DNA of 32,000 nt from positions 990,001 to 1,022,000 of the forward strand of contig NC_009073.1 in NCBI RefSeq assembly GCF_000015805.1. The letters run 5' to 3'. This stretch comes from Pyrobaculum calidifontis JCM 11548 (GTDB taxonomy: Archaea > Thermoproteota > Thermoprotei > Thermoproteales > Thermoproteaceae). A program made the position numbers and the translations under genes. Position 1 is the first letter of the stretch. Every line of letters starts with the position of its first letter. Below are positions 7,140 through 15,488 of the stretch, one piece after another. The notes beneath the pieces were generated by a model. That model saw nothing but the letters and a program-made list of their open reading frames with translations. It was not told where the DNA came from and ran no database searches.

Positions 7140-9890
7140 CTAGTCCCAAAAAGCCTTGGTAGAAGCGTACTGCCTTTCTGCCTCCAAGACGGCGCTCCAG
7201 AGATCTCCCCCCTCTACGACCTTGTTGAGTATCTTAACGGCGGTCTTTGGCCCCACTCCATGGGCCAGTTGAACCAACACGCCAAGTTTACCATGTTGGA
7301 GAACAATGGAGGCGCTCTGTTGCAAATACTCCGCCACCTTCCTCTCCTCGGGCGACAGTCTCTGGCGTATCTTAAGCTTGCTTAATACTTGCCTAGCCTT
7401 GGCCAAGTCAATTCCCTTAACCACGGCCAAGACCCTCATGCCGCAGTTTTGGCAAAACACGTCCTCTGGGAGGGCAACTGCCTTAGTCGTAAGAGTCCAG
7501 CCGCAGTTTATGCAAAGAAGTGTCACAGGTTTGTTCAAAATCCTCTTCCGCACTAGGTCTGCCAGCGTCTCCCTTGAGAGTCCTCTAAACGAGAAATCCA
7601 GACGCAACGCCTCTTCCAGTATTGGCTTCTCCAGGGCAGTGGGCTTGGCCAGCCTCTTAACCACGTAGCCCCCCTCCGTAGCCCTCTCTAGGAAAGAAAA
7701 CAAGGCCCTCACGTCGAGCCGCTCCACAAATATCTCGTTCACGGCCTCTATTCCCGGCAAGTCGTCTACATATACGTCTACGAGTCTCTGTGGAATCTCC
7801 TCGGCGTCTTTAGAAATAACACCGGCCCGCTTAGCTACCTGGAGAAACCTATATCTAAACAGCTTAGAGCTCTTCACAGCGTTTTGCAACGTCTTATAGA
7901 CAAAGCTATGGGGCTTTCTTAAAACCTCGTCAAATGCCTGCGCTGGGAAGAAGTCCCTAAAAATCAAGAGCACCCTATACGCATCTGCCCTATAGCCCAC
8001 TGGTCCCACATAGCCAGACAAGGCATGGGAGAGGTAGAGCCCCAAGGCCTCGTTACCCTTATGACCCAGGCAACTATGTACAACTACATACCTGCCACTA
8101 ACTACGTGCACATGCACCGGGCTGAGCCCCGGCACGAGCTCTATGTCCAAACCCTCCAAGTCTATGGGCAAGTCCACCTCGCCACGGAGCGCAGATATAA
8201 CGAGCTCCTTCCTACGCTCACAAGCCCTCTGGGCAACCTCGAAGGGCACAGGTATCTGCTCCCCCACCCAGGCGGGGAGAGCCCCCGCCACGTCGTAGTC
8301 CGGGTATAGATAGACCGCATCGCCCTCCTTCTTGGCGAAAACCCACACTCTGCCAGAGAGGACAATCTTAGTCCCGGGCTCGATTGAGTAGACAAACTCT
8401 CTGTCAAGTTCGCCGACAGTTCTCCCCGTAGTCTCGTCGACGGCCTTGTAGCTCTTTTCGTCGGGTATTGTGGACACGTTTTCAAAGTAGTACTTGACGC
8501 TCCCCTTCCTAGGCCTCAGCCCCCTCAGTAGCCCATGGCGTTCGGCAAAATCTAAGACAAGGCGGAGATCACCCTCCGTGAGATTTCTGTATGGGTGAGC
8601 TCTCTTCAAAACCCCCATCAAATACTCAAAGCCGATCTCTCGCCCATCTATCCTAGCCTCAAGGGCTATGCCCACCACTTGGTGTAGAAGCACGTCGAGG
8701 GCGCTTTCGTGATACTCTACCTCTCCCTCCAGCTCCCCCCGAAGAGCCCTCTCCACAATCTCCTCAGACTCCACCAAGTCCTCCACATCTGCCGCCACGA
8801 CAATCCCCCTAGAGACGAGGCCAAGCCTATGGCCACTACGCCCAACTCTCTGCACCAGCTTAGAGACTTGCCTAGGCGATCCATACTGGACCACCAGCTC
8901 CACTTCGCCTATGTCAATCCCCAGCTCCAAGCTGGAGGTAGCTACGACCGCCTTGAGCTCCCCCTTCTTGAACTTCTCCTCCACGGCTACTCTATGCTCT
9001 CTGGCAAGAGAGGAGTGGTGCACCTCCACATCTACGCCGAGCGACTTCAGCCTAGAGGCGAGGAACTCTGCCCCATCTCTAGTGTTTGTAAAAACGAGAA
9101 CTCTGCCCCTCGCCGACTTAATATACTCCGCCACCTTCTTAATCCTGGCCACAGCCTCTGGCGTGGCGTCGAGCCGCTCTGCGTCGAGGTAGTCCTCCTC
9201 AGAGGGCGTAGGCAGAACTACGTCCACCTCGTACTTCTTCTCCCCAGACACGTCCACCACCTCCACTGGCCTCCCCCCGCCCAAGTACTCAGCAACCAGC
9301 CGGGGCGAGCCCACCGTGGCGGAGAGGCCCACACGCTGAAACTCCCCCGCGAGTTCCACAAGTCTCTCGAGCCCAACGGCGAGCTGGACCCCCCTCTTGC
9401 TGTTCACAAGCTCGTGAACTTCGTCGACCACCACGTATCGGACCTCCCTCAGCGCGGGCCTAAGCCGCTTGTTAAGCAAAAGAATTTGAAGAGACTCAGG
9501 CGTGGTGATGAGGACATCAGGCGGCCTAGAGGCTATGATACGCCTCTCCCGCTCCGGCGTATCGCTGTGCCGCACAGCTATGGAAAACCCCAACTCCGCG
9601 GCTAAACTCTCCAGCCGCTTAAGCAAGTCCCTGTTAAGAGACCTGAGAGGAGTTATGTAGAGACAACGAAGCCCAGACCCCCCGCCCTCCACCATCTTAG
9701 AGAAGATGGGAAAAAGCGCCGCCTCCGTCTTCCCATAACCCGTAGGGGCAATCAACAATACGTGGCGCCCCTCCAAGACCTTGGGAATAGCCTCCCTCTG
9801 CGCAGGCGTCGGCTCAACATAGCCCAACTTGTAGATAGCCTCTCTAACACGGGGGTGGAGCTTAGCAAAAACGTCCGAGCCCCTATCCAC
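7140..9890 (-). CDS. lhr: Lhr-type superfamily-2 DEAD/DEAH (DEVH) box helicase
   Basis: 916 aa. Q motif PTPAQREAIP, motif I APTGYGKTEA, II DEVHEL, III SAT, VATSSLELGIDIG, VI QRVGRSGHR. Long Lhr-like C-terminal region with zinc ribbon CINCG...CQNCG. GTG start. Confidence 0.88.
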   Translation of the reverse strand: MDRGSDVFAKLHPRVREAIYKLGYVEPTPAQREAIPKVLEGRHVLLIAPTGYGKTEAALFPIFSKMVEGGGSGLRCLYITPLRSLNRDLLKRLESLAAELGFSIAVRHSDTPERERRIIASRPPDVLITTPESLQILLLNKRLRPALREVRYVVVDEVHELVNSKRGVQLAVGLERLVELAGEFQRVGLSATVGSPRLVAEYLGGGRPVEVVDVSGEKKYEVDVVLPTPSEEDYLDAERLDATPEAVARIKKVAEYIKSARGRVLVFTNTRDGAEFLASRLKSLGVDVEVHHSSLAREHRVAVEEKFKKGELKAVVATSSLELGIDIGEVELVVQYGSPRQVSKLVQRVGRSGHRLGLVSRGIVVAADVEDLVESEEIVERALRGELEGEVEYHESALDVLLHQVVGIALEARIDGREIGFEYLMGVLKRAHPYRNLTEGDLRLVLDFAERHGLLRGLRPRKGSVKYYFENVSTIPDEKSYKAVDETTGRTVGELDREFVYSIEPGTKIVLSGRVWVFAKKEGDAVYLYPDYDVAGALPAWVGEQIPVPFEVAQRACERRKELVISALRGEVDLPIDLEGLDIELVPGLSPVHVHVVSGRYVVVHSCLGHKGNEALGLYLSHALSGYVGPVGYRADAYRVLLIFRDFFPAQAFDEVLRKPHSFVYKTLQNAVKSSKLFRYRFLQVAKRAGVISKDAEEIPQRLVDVYVDDLPGIEAVNEIFVERLDVRALFSFLERATEGGYVVKRLAKPTALEKPILEEALRLDFSFRGLSRETLADLVRKRILNKPVTLLCINCGWTLTTKAVALPEDVFCQNCGMRVLAVVKGIDLAKARQVLSKLKIRQRLSPEERKVAEYLQQSASIVLQHGKLGVLVQLAHGVGPKTAVKILNKVVEGGDLWSAVLEAERQYASTKAFWD

Positions 9891-9995
9891 GTCGCTACAT
9901 CTTCAGCCCCTTCTTAACCTTTAGCCCACTGCCGGCAGACGCTCTGCCTAACTCAAGCTGAGCGCTTACGCCCCGCGCTTTTGGCCACTAATCGG

Positions 9996-10601
9996 CTAAT
10001 GGCCCCACTCAATCTCCTTAAGTATCTCTGGGATACGCCTCTTGGCGTCCTCCCGCAACTCGTCGTAGAAGTTCCTCCCAGTGGAGTCAATCATCACGGT
10101 CAGGGGCCCGAAATCCTCCACCTCCAGCACCCACATGGCCTCTGCGACGCCCAAGTCAAGCCAGTGAACATCTATGACTCTCTTTATCGCCCTCGCCGCC
10201 AGTACCCCAGCCCCCCCGGTGAAAATGGCATACGCCGCCGTGTATTTCTTCATGGCTTCCGCAGTCCTCTTGCCCATGCCCCCCTTCCCCACCACAAGCT
10301 TTACTCCGGCTTTTTCAATAACCTCCGCCTCAAACGCCTCCATCCTGGCGCTGGTGGTGGGCCCCATGCTGATGATGCGCCACCCGCCGTCCACCCGCTG
10401 GGCTACGGGCCCCGCGTGGTAAATAACGCCTCCGCGTAGATCAACAGGCAAGGGCTCCCCCTTTTGCAAAAGCTCCACCATCCGCTTATGGGCAGAATCC
10501 CTCGCGCTCACCACTACGCCGGAGATGTAGACAGTGTCCCCAACCCTAAGCCTAGACACGTCGCTGTCCGAAAGAGGAGTCTTCAACCGATACACAGCCA
10601 T
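9996..10601 (-). CDS. Class I (Fe-S) fumarate hydratase, beta-type subunit (C-terminal domain protein)
   Basis: GDTVYISGVVVSARDSAHKRM, IYHAGP, GKGGMGKRTAEAMKKY, AIFTGGAG. The first 26 codons of track ORF 9996..10679 look like read-through of the divergent promoter. ATG 10601 has a TATA about 24 nt upstream. Confidence 0.85.
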   Translation of the reverse strand: MAVYRLKTPLSDSDVSRLRVGDTVYISGVVVSARDSAHKRMVELLQKGEPLPVDLRGGVIYHAGPVAQRVDGGWRIISMGPTTSARMEAFEAEVIEKAGVKLVVGKGGMGKRTAEAMKKYTAAYAIFTGGAGVLAARAIKRVIDVHWLDLGVAEAMWVLEVEDFGPLTVMIDSTGRNFYDELREDAKRRIPEILKEIEWGH

Positions 10602-10620
10602 AGCACAAACTACGCACGGT

Positions 10621-10628
10621 ATTAAAAG
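10621..10628 (-). promoter_or_regulatory. TATA-like element for the fumarase beta gene
   Basis: Minus-strand CTTTTAAT is centred about 24 nt upstream of ATG 10601. Confidence 0.4.
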
Positions 10629-10677
10629 CATTAATAAAACAAGTAACGACACATTTGCCGCAGGTCGGCATAAGAAC

Positions 10678-10688
10678 ACATATTAAGA
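10678..10688 (+). promoter_or_regulatory. TATA-like element for the fumarase alpha gene
   Basis: CATATTAAGAG is centred about 24 nt upstream of ATG 10707. Confidence 0.4.
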
Positions 10689-10706
10689 GATTTAGGGTCC
10701 ATCTAT

Positions 10707-11573
10707 ATGCTAGAGCAAGTAATTCTAAAAGTGGCCAAAGAAGTGGTAACACGCGCAAGCGTGGGCCCCGCCTTCGACGTCTCTACAGCCCTTAAACGGG
10801 CATTAGGCGAAGAGAGAAGCGACACGGCGAAGACGCAACTGGAGGCAATATTGAAGAATATCGAGCTCGCCGAGAGGGAGAAGGCCGCCGTGTGTCAAGA
10901 CACCGGCTTCCCAAACTTCTACATAAAACTGGGAGACCGCTTCCCAATAAGAAGCAGGCTATACGACATACTTACACAAGCCGTGCGCGAGGTGACCAAA
11001 GAACTGCCACTTAGGCCAAACACGGCCCACCCCTTCACCGAGAAAAACCCCGGCGACAACACAGGCGTCTACGCCCCGTGGTTTGAAGTAGAACTATTCG
11101 ACGGAGATTACCTAGAGTTCCACTATGTCCCAAAGGGCGGCGGCACCGAGCTCCCCAGCAAAGCTCTAACCCTCCCGCCGGGGATAGCCATGAGGGAGTT
11201 GCCCAGACTCGTGCTAGAGGCCGTGGTAGAGGCAGGCCCCATGCCCTGTCCCCCGGTGATCGTGGGCGTGGGCATAGGCCCCTCTGTGGACATAGCGGCA
11301 AAGCTCGCAAAGAAGGCCGCTGTACTGCGGCCAGTGGGCTCCCGCCACCCAGAGCCAGAGATCGCCAAGATGGAGACAGAGCTTCTAAAGGCAATAAACA
11401 AGCTCGGCATAGGGACCCACGGCGTCGGAGGCAACGTGACCGCGCTAGACGTACACATAGAGTACGCATATAGGCACCCAGCTACCTTCTCCATAGGCAT
11501 AGTGTTCAGCTGCTGGGCCACGAGGAGGGCAGGCGCCAGAGTATACCCCGACGGGAAGTACGAATTCCTCTAA
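10707..11573 (+). CDS. Class I (Fe-S) fumarate hydratase, alpha-type subunit (N-terminal domain protein)
   Basis: 288 aa. CQDTGFP cluster-ligand motif, PKGGGTE, GVGIGPS. Divergent from the beta-type subunit gene. Confidence 0.88.
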   Translation: MLEQVILKVAKEVVTRASVGPAFDVSTALKRALGEERSDTAKTQLEAILKNIELAEREKAAVCQDTGFPNFYIKLGDRFPIRSRLYDILTQAVREVTKELPLRPNTAHPFTEKNPGDNTGVYAPWFEVELFDGDYLEFHYVPKGGGTELPSKALTLPPGIAMRELPRLVLEAVVEAGPMPCPPVIVGVGIGPSVDIAAKLAKKAAVLRPVGSRHPEPEIAKMETELLKAINKLGIGTHGVGGNVTALDVHIEYAYRHPATFSIGIVFSCWATRRAGARVYPDGKYEFL

Positions 11574-12016
11574 TGTGCGAAAAATCGCCAATACCCACGC
11601 CGGTTTTAGTAGTGGTAGTAGACAGCCACGGGGCAGTGGTCGGCTGGCCCCTAGTAATACCAGGCGAACCCACTCTGCTGGCCCTTCCTCTGCACAAGAC
11701 GCGGAGGACCCTGGCGCTCATAAGAGAGAAGAAGGCCTTCTCCATAAACTTTGTAAGAGACGCCGAGAGGGCCTTTGAAATATTTGGAAAGCCAGGCGAA
11801 GACAAGCTATCCAAATGGGGCGCCGCGTCCAAATGCAAGACGTTGCCGTGCAACACGCTTGGAGACGCAAGCCGCGTCGTAGAATGCCTATACGAAGGAG
11901 AGGTAGAGGTGGGAGAACACGTCCTCGTCTTCTGCCAAGTCAAAGCCGCCTACGGGTGCGGCGACTACGCTGTATGGGATCCCTGCACTATCAACCGCCA
12001 GCGGCAGGCGGAATAA
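11573..12016 (+). CDS. Flavin reductase-like (split-barrel FMN-binding) domain protein
   Basis: 147 aa. Pattern VLVVVVDSHG...AFSINFVRDAERAFEIFGKPGEDKLSKW is typical of the flavin reductase-like domain. The ATG overlaps the fumarase alpha stop (TAATG). Confidence 0.55.
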   Translation: MCEKSPIPTPVLVVVVDSHGAVVGWPLVIPGEPTLLALPLHKTRRTLALIREKKAFSINFVRDAERAFEIFGKPGEDKLSKWGAASKCKTLPCNTLGDASRVVECLYEGEVEVGEHVLVFCQVKAAYGCGDYAVWDPCTINRQRQAE

Positions 12017-12269
12017 AGACAACCTCGTCCCCATCCTTCAGCCTTGTCTCTAGGCCATTCAACCACTCCACGGCTCTCCCATTGACCAATATATTGTACA
12101 TAGGCTTGAGCTTGTCGCCCTCAAGGATCTCCGCCTTCAACTTTCCAAACTTTTGATCCAACACGTCTATCAACTCTCTCACAGTGATGCCGTCGGGGAC
12201 TTCTACCTCAGTCTTCAAGACCCCCGTCAAGTCGTACAACGTAGCCAAAAACTTCACCCGCAATCTCAC
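11991..12269 (-). CDS. MoaD/ThiS/SAMP-like ubiquitin-fold protein ending in Gly-Gly
   Basis: RVKFLATLYDLTG...NILVNGRAVEWLNGLETRLKDGDEVVFIPPAAGG. The longer track ORF (to 12368) would overlap the upstream gene. GTG 12269 lies about 24 nt downstream of the minus-strand CTTATAAA (12289-12296). Confidence 0.75.
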   Translation of the reverse strand: MRLRVKFLATLYDLTGVLKTEVEVPDGITVRELIDVLDQKFGKLKAEILEGDKLKPMYNILVNGRAVEWLNGLETRLKDGDEVVFIPPAAGG

Positions 12270-12307
12270 TGGTGTGTACGGCTCTGAGTTTATAAGATTA
12301 CCCGCGC

Positions 12308-12691
12308 TTAACTCTTGCTGAAGTAGAAGCAGGGCCCCCCTAGCGAGGACTCGCACACTCTCACCCAAGCGGCGCCTACTAGGTCTGCGATGTGTTTAGC
12401 GAGGCACTCCCCGCTGACGCCGGGCAGATTACACGGCACCACGTATATCTCTCCGGCGTCTAAGGCCACCTTCTCCTGGGGAGAGGCGAGGTATTTGCCG
12501 TCCATACGCGCAAGGGCCTCTCTAAACTTCTTCGAGGCCTCGTCGGCGTCTACCACTAGGTCTCTATACCCCTCGACGCATATGCCCACTGTGATGAAGT
12601 AGTCATGGCCGTGGACCCTTGCCCACCCCGGCGAAAAAGAGGGCTTATGAGCAACCGAGATAGAGCCCCTCAATTCTACACACGTCCGCAT
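12308..12691 (-). CDS. queD: 6-pyruvoyl-tetrahydropterin synthase / QueD-like (6-carboxytetrahydropterin synthase family)
   Basis: SISVAHK...ARVHGHDYFITVGICVEG is the PTPS/QueD His-x-His block. ATG 12691 is preferred over the track's TTG 12700. Confidence 0.75.
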   Translation of the reverse strand: MRTCVELRGSISVAHKPSFSPGWARVHGHDYFITVGICVEGYRDLVVDADEASKKFREALARMDGKYLASPQEKVALDAGEIYVVPCNLPGVSGECLAKHIADLVGAAWVRVCESSLGGPCFYFSKS

Positions 12692-12706
12692 AGGGGGCAA
12701 TCACAG

Positions 12707-12720
12707 CTTTATAAATAAAG
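12707..12720. promoter_or_regulatory. Shared A/T element CTTTATAAATAAAG containing the palindromic TTTATAAA, between divergent QueD-like and glycosylase-like genes
   Basis: This is the only A/T-rich element in the 43-bp spacer. It lies about 21-23 nt from both start codons (12691 minus, 12735 plus). Confidence 0.45.
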
Positions 12721-12734
12721 TATTTGGCAACGGC

Positions 12735-13631
12735 GTGATAGCCATCGATGTAGACAAGGCGGAGGAAGTCGCCAGCCGCCTAAGGGAGTTGCGCATAGAA
12801 CGCGACAGGTACGAAAACCCCCGGCTCTATCCCCCCGTGGGAGACCCCCGGGAGGATCAACTGGCCTTCTTCACCGCTATGGTGGCGGTGGACCACAGGA
12901 CGTCCACCCCCTGGGAATCCTTTGAGGGGTACATAGGCGGCGAGTTTTACCACGGCGCAGACGTGCTCTACAGGCTTGGCCGACTGGCCTACGACGAGGG
13001 GCTCTTCAAGGCGGAGAGGTTGGCCAACCTCACGCCGAGGGAGGCCCTTAAGCTGTTTTCAGTGGGGGGAAAGACTGTGTGGGACTTCTACACGAGGCTC
13101 TACCTCCTGAGAGACTTGGGCAAGAAGGCCCTGGCGCAGGGGGGCTTCGAGGGACTCGTGTCCGTGGACACGATAAAAGAGCTCAAGGAGAGACTCGCCA
13201 AAGTTAGGGCGTATGAAGACCCAGTGGCCAAGAAGACACTCCTCTTGGCAAAATTCCTCGACGGGAGAAGGCTGGCCGACTTCAAGGACGTAAATGAGGC
13301 AGACGTGCCCGTCGACAACCACCTCTCCCGCATTTCCTACCGGCTGGGCATAGTGGAAGTGGACTACGACTTTCTAGAAAGCGGCGTAGAGACGAACCGC
13401 GAGGAGGATATAAGGCTCAGGGAAACTGTAAAAACGGCGTGGAGAATAGTGGCCAAATTCGCAGACCTCCACCCATTCGCGTTAGACGACTTCCTGTGGA
13501 ACTTCGGCAGGACTATCTGCACTAGGGAGAGGCCCAACTGCGGCCAATGCCCCCTAAGAGAGGTGTGCAAGGCGCACAAGCTGGGCCGCTACCCCCCAGA
13601 GCACCTCCACTTAGCCACATGGTACTATTAA
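12735..13631 (+). CDS. HhH-GPD superfamily glycosylase-like protein with EndoIII-type 4Fe-4S cluster loop and an atypical long N-terminal region
   Basis: C-terminal CTRERPNCGQCPLREVC has exactly the C-x6-C-x2-C-x5-C spacing. PVAKKTLLLAKFL...VPVDNHLSRISYRLG parallels GVGRKTANVVL...VDTHIFRV (Lys and Asp positions retained). The N-terminal ~150 aa matches no family I recognise. GTG start. Confidence 0.65.
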   Translation: MIAIDVDKAEEVASRLRELRIERDRYENPRLYPPVGDPREDQLAFFTAMVAVDHRTSTPWESFEGYIGGEFYHGADVLYRLGRLAYDEGLFKAERLANLTPREALKLFSVGGKTVWDFYTRLYLLRDLGKKALAQGGFEGLVSVDTIKELKERLAKVRAYEDPVAKKTLLLAKFLDGRRLADFKDVNEADVPVDNHLSRISYRLGIVEVDYDFLESGVETNREEDIRLRETVKTAWRIVAKFADLHPFALDDFLWNFGRTICTRERPNCGQCPLREVCKAHKLGRYPPEHLHLATWYY

Positions 13632-13653
13632 TAGATATGAGGTTTAGAGGGGC

Positions 13654-14616
13654 ATGAGGATAAGGTCTATTACGCTCCACCTCCCCTGGGACGACGACTA
13701 CTCCATAGTGGCCAAGTTTAAACAAGCCGCCGAGGAGTTAAACCCGGCCACTGTGAGAGTCTCAATTTCGCCCCCTCCGCCGAGGGCCGCCGAGAGGGCT
13801 GTGGCAAAGCTGAGAGACATGGGCATAAACTACATATCCGCGCTCCACCTCTACTACAGCGCCGAGGAGGTGTACAAATACGTCGCGGAATACGGAGTCT
13901 TTGCGTCATTTACAGACGTGGGAGAGTACCTCAAGTTCCTAAAGACAATATACGACAAGGGGGAGGCCCACCTATCGAGATACGTCTCACTACTGGCGGG
14001 GGGCCTGGTCTTCAACTCCCCATACTTCCCCGCCTCTATAACCACCAGGAGGGGAATCTCGCTCTCACTGCTCTACCCCAACGACATAAAGACGCTAAGC
14101 GACATAGAAGAGGCGTTAAAGAGGGGGGAGCAGTTGGGCATGTACATCTCCTCCGCCTTGGGCTTAGAATTCCTAGGCGTAGACGGCTCGCTCTCGCCGT
14201 GGGGCGAGGAGTCTGTGGCAAAGGCCGTGGAGCGCCTCTTTGGCATAAGGCTGGGCACGCCGGGCTCCCACTACGCGATCTGGCAGTTGAACAAGGCCAT
14301 CAAAAGCGCGGAGGTGAAGAAGGTCGGCTTCAACGAGGTCATGCTACCACTGGCAGAAGACGAGGAACTAAAACGCTTGGTAAGAGCGGGGGCCCTCACG
14401 CTTAGAGATTTCGTAAGCTATACTGCCGTGTGCGTCCCAGGCCTAGACATGGCTCCCATAAGAGTCAAAGACTGGGATGCGCTAAAGCGCTTGTTGTACG
14501 ACCTGGTGGCAATAGCCGAAGCGAAGGGGCGGCCAATAGGCGTAAGAATTTTCCCAGTGGACGACGAGGAATACGACGTGGCAGGATTTGGCAAAACCCC
14601 CGCGCTTAAGATTTGA
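13654..14616 (+). CDS. DUF711/UPF0210 family protein (short form)
   Basis: 320 aa. The blocks IRSITLHL, VDGSLSPWGEESVAKAVERL, MLPLAEDEEL, YTAVCVPGLDMAPI and GVRIFPV are collinear with the conserved blocks I recall for UPF0210 proteins (IRTIT, VDLSLAP, PVSEDE, CSVGLDMIAIP, RIIP). Shorter than the ~450-aa members. Confidence 0.6.
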   Translation: MRIRSITLHLPWDDDYSIVAKFKQAAEELNPATVRVSISPPPPRAAERAVAKLRDMGINYISALHLYYSAEEVYKYVAEYGVFASFTDVGEYLKFLKTIYDKGEAHLSRYVSLLAGGLVFNSPYFPASITTRRGISLSLLYPNDIKTLSDIEEALKRGEQLGMYISSALGLEFLGVDGSLSPWGEESVAKAVERLFGIRLGTPGSHYAIWQLNKAIKSAEVKKVGFNEVMLPLAEDEELKRLVRAGALTLRDFVSYTAVCVPGLDMAPIRVKDWDALKRLLYDLVAIAEAKGRPIGVRIFPVDDEEYDVAGFGKTPALKI

Positions 14617-15118
14617 TTCCAATTACGTAGACCCCCTCTGGACACTTCAGCAAAAGCCCCTCCTCCACCTTGTACATGAGAGTCCTCGCCTGGAGCCCCC
14701 TCACAGAGTACAAGCCGTATTTAAGGTCGGGAGTTATGACGCCGACGACTCTCTTCACCTCGCCCCATTTAACCACCTCAATTTCACACTTCGACAAGTC
14801 GAGCGTAACTTCGTGGGGGAGCACCCAGGGGAAGTCAGGCGGCATTTTGACGTAAAGCACATCCCCCTCCACCCAGTACCCATACGGTTGAAAGACCAGC
14901 GTGCCCACGAAGTGGACGAGCGGAAGCCCAACCGGGATTAAGACTACCGCGTATAGGATGCGTAAAGTCGTCTTGTCAAGTGTGCCACGCCGCCTTGCTC
15001 TCTCTAGCAGAGCCACCACTAGCCCGAGCGAGAGCAAGAGAAGCGCCGTAGTGAGAATACCCATCCACGTTATTATACTGCTGGGCAAAACTGCCGTGGA
15101 GATTTCAACAGCAGGCAT
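14606..15118 (-). CDS. Hypothetical membrane protein (2 TM helices plus a beta-rich C-terminal domain)
   Basis: 170 aa. Two N-terminal hydrophobic helices, then a domain beginning YGYWVEGDVLYVKMP. The architecture resembles bacterial-type membrane PH-domain proteins, but that is tentative. The start overlaps the upstream gene's stop by 14 nt. Confidence 0.55.
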   Translation of the reverse strand: MPAVEISTAVLPSSIITWMGILTTALLLLSLGLVVALLERARRRGTLDKTTLRILYAVVLIPVGLPLVHFVGTLVFQPYGYWVEGDVLYVKMPPDFPWVLPHEVTLDLSKCEIEVVKWGEVKRVVGVITPDLKYGLYSVRGLQARTLMYKVEEGLLLKCPEGVYVIGIKS

Positions 15119-15488
15119 AGATAACAGACCTACCCCTCAGCCTTATCCATTCTTTACAGCCACAAGTTTTAACTACGAGGACTTCGTTGCCTTTCTTACT
15201 ACAGCTGGCGTAGAAAGACCAAAGGCGCCACCCAGAGAGACAGACAACGCCGCGCGGCCCCTCCCCTCTCGCTTCTATAGAGGCGTCAAACGACGCCGTG
15301 CGCAAGGGGAAGCGAACGTAGAGCCTGCCCCCCTCGTACCTACACTCCACAGGCATCAACACAAGGGGCAGAAGCAGAACGGGAGCAATGACTACGGCTA
15401 TGAGCCAGTGAGAAAACAACACCACGGCAACAATCCCACTCGCTAAGAGACCATAGACGACTATGAGATCCTTTTTGCACAGGGGCAT
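15105..15488 (-). CDS. Hypothetical membrane protein (2 TM helices plus a Cys-rich beta-rich domain), likely a distant paralog of the downstream gene
   Basis: Same layout as 14606..15118 (two TM helices, then ECRYEGGRLYVRFPL...). Cys-rich C-terminus (CGCKEW...YACC). ATG 15488 is preferred over the track's TTG 15506. Confidence 0.5.
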   Translation of the reverse strand: MPLCKKDLIVVYGLLASGIVAVVLFSHWLIAVVIAPVLLLPLVLMPVECRYEGGRLYVRFPLRTASFDASIEARGEGPRGVVCLSGWRLWSFYASCSKKGNEVLVVKTCGCKEWIRLRGRSVIYACC

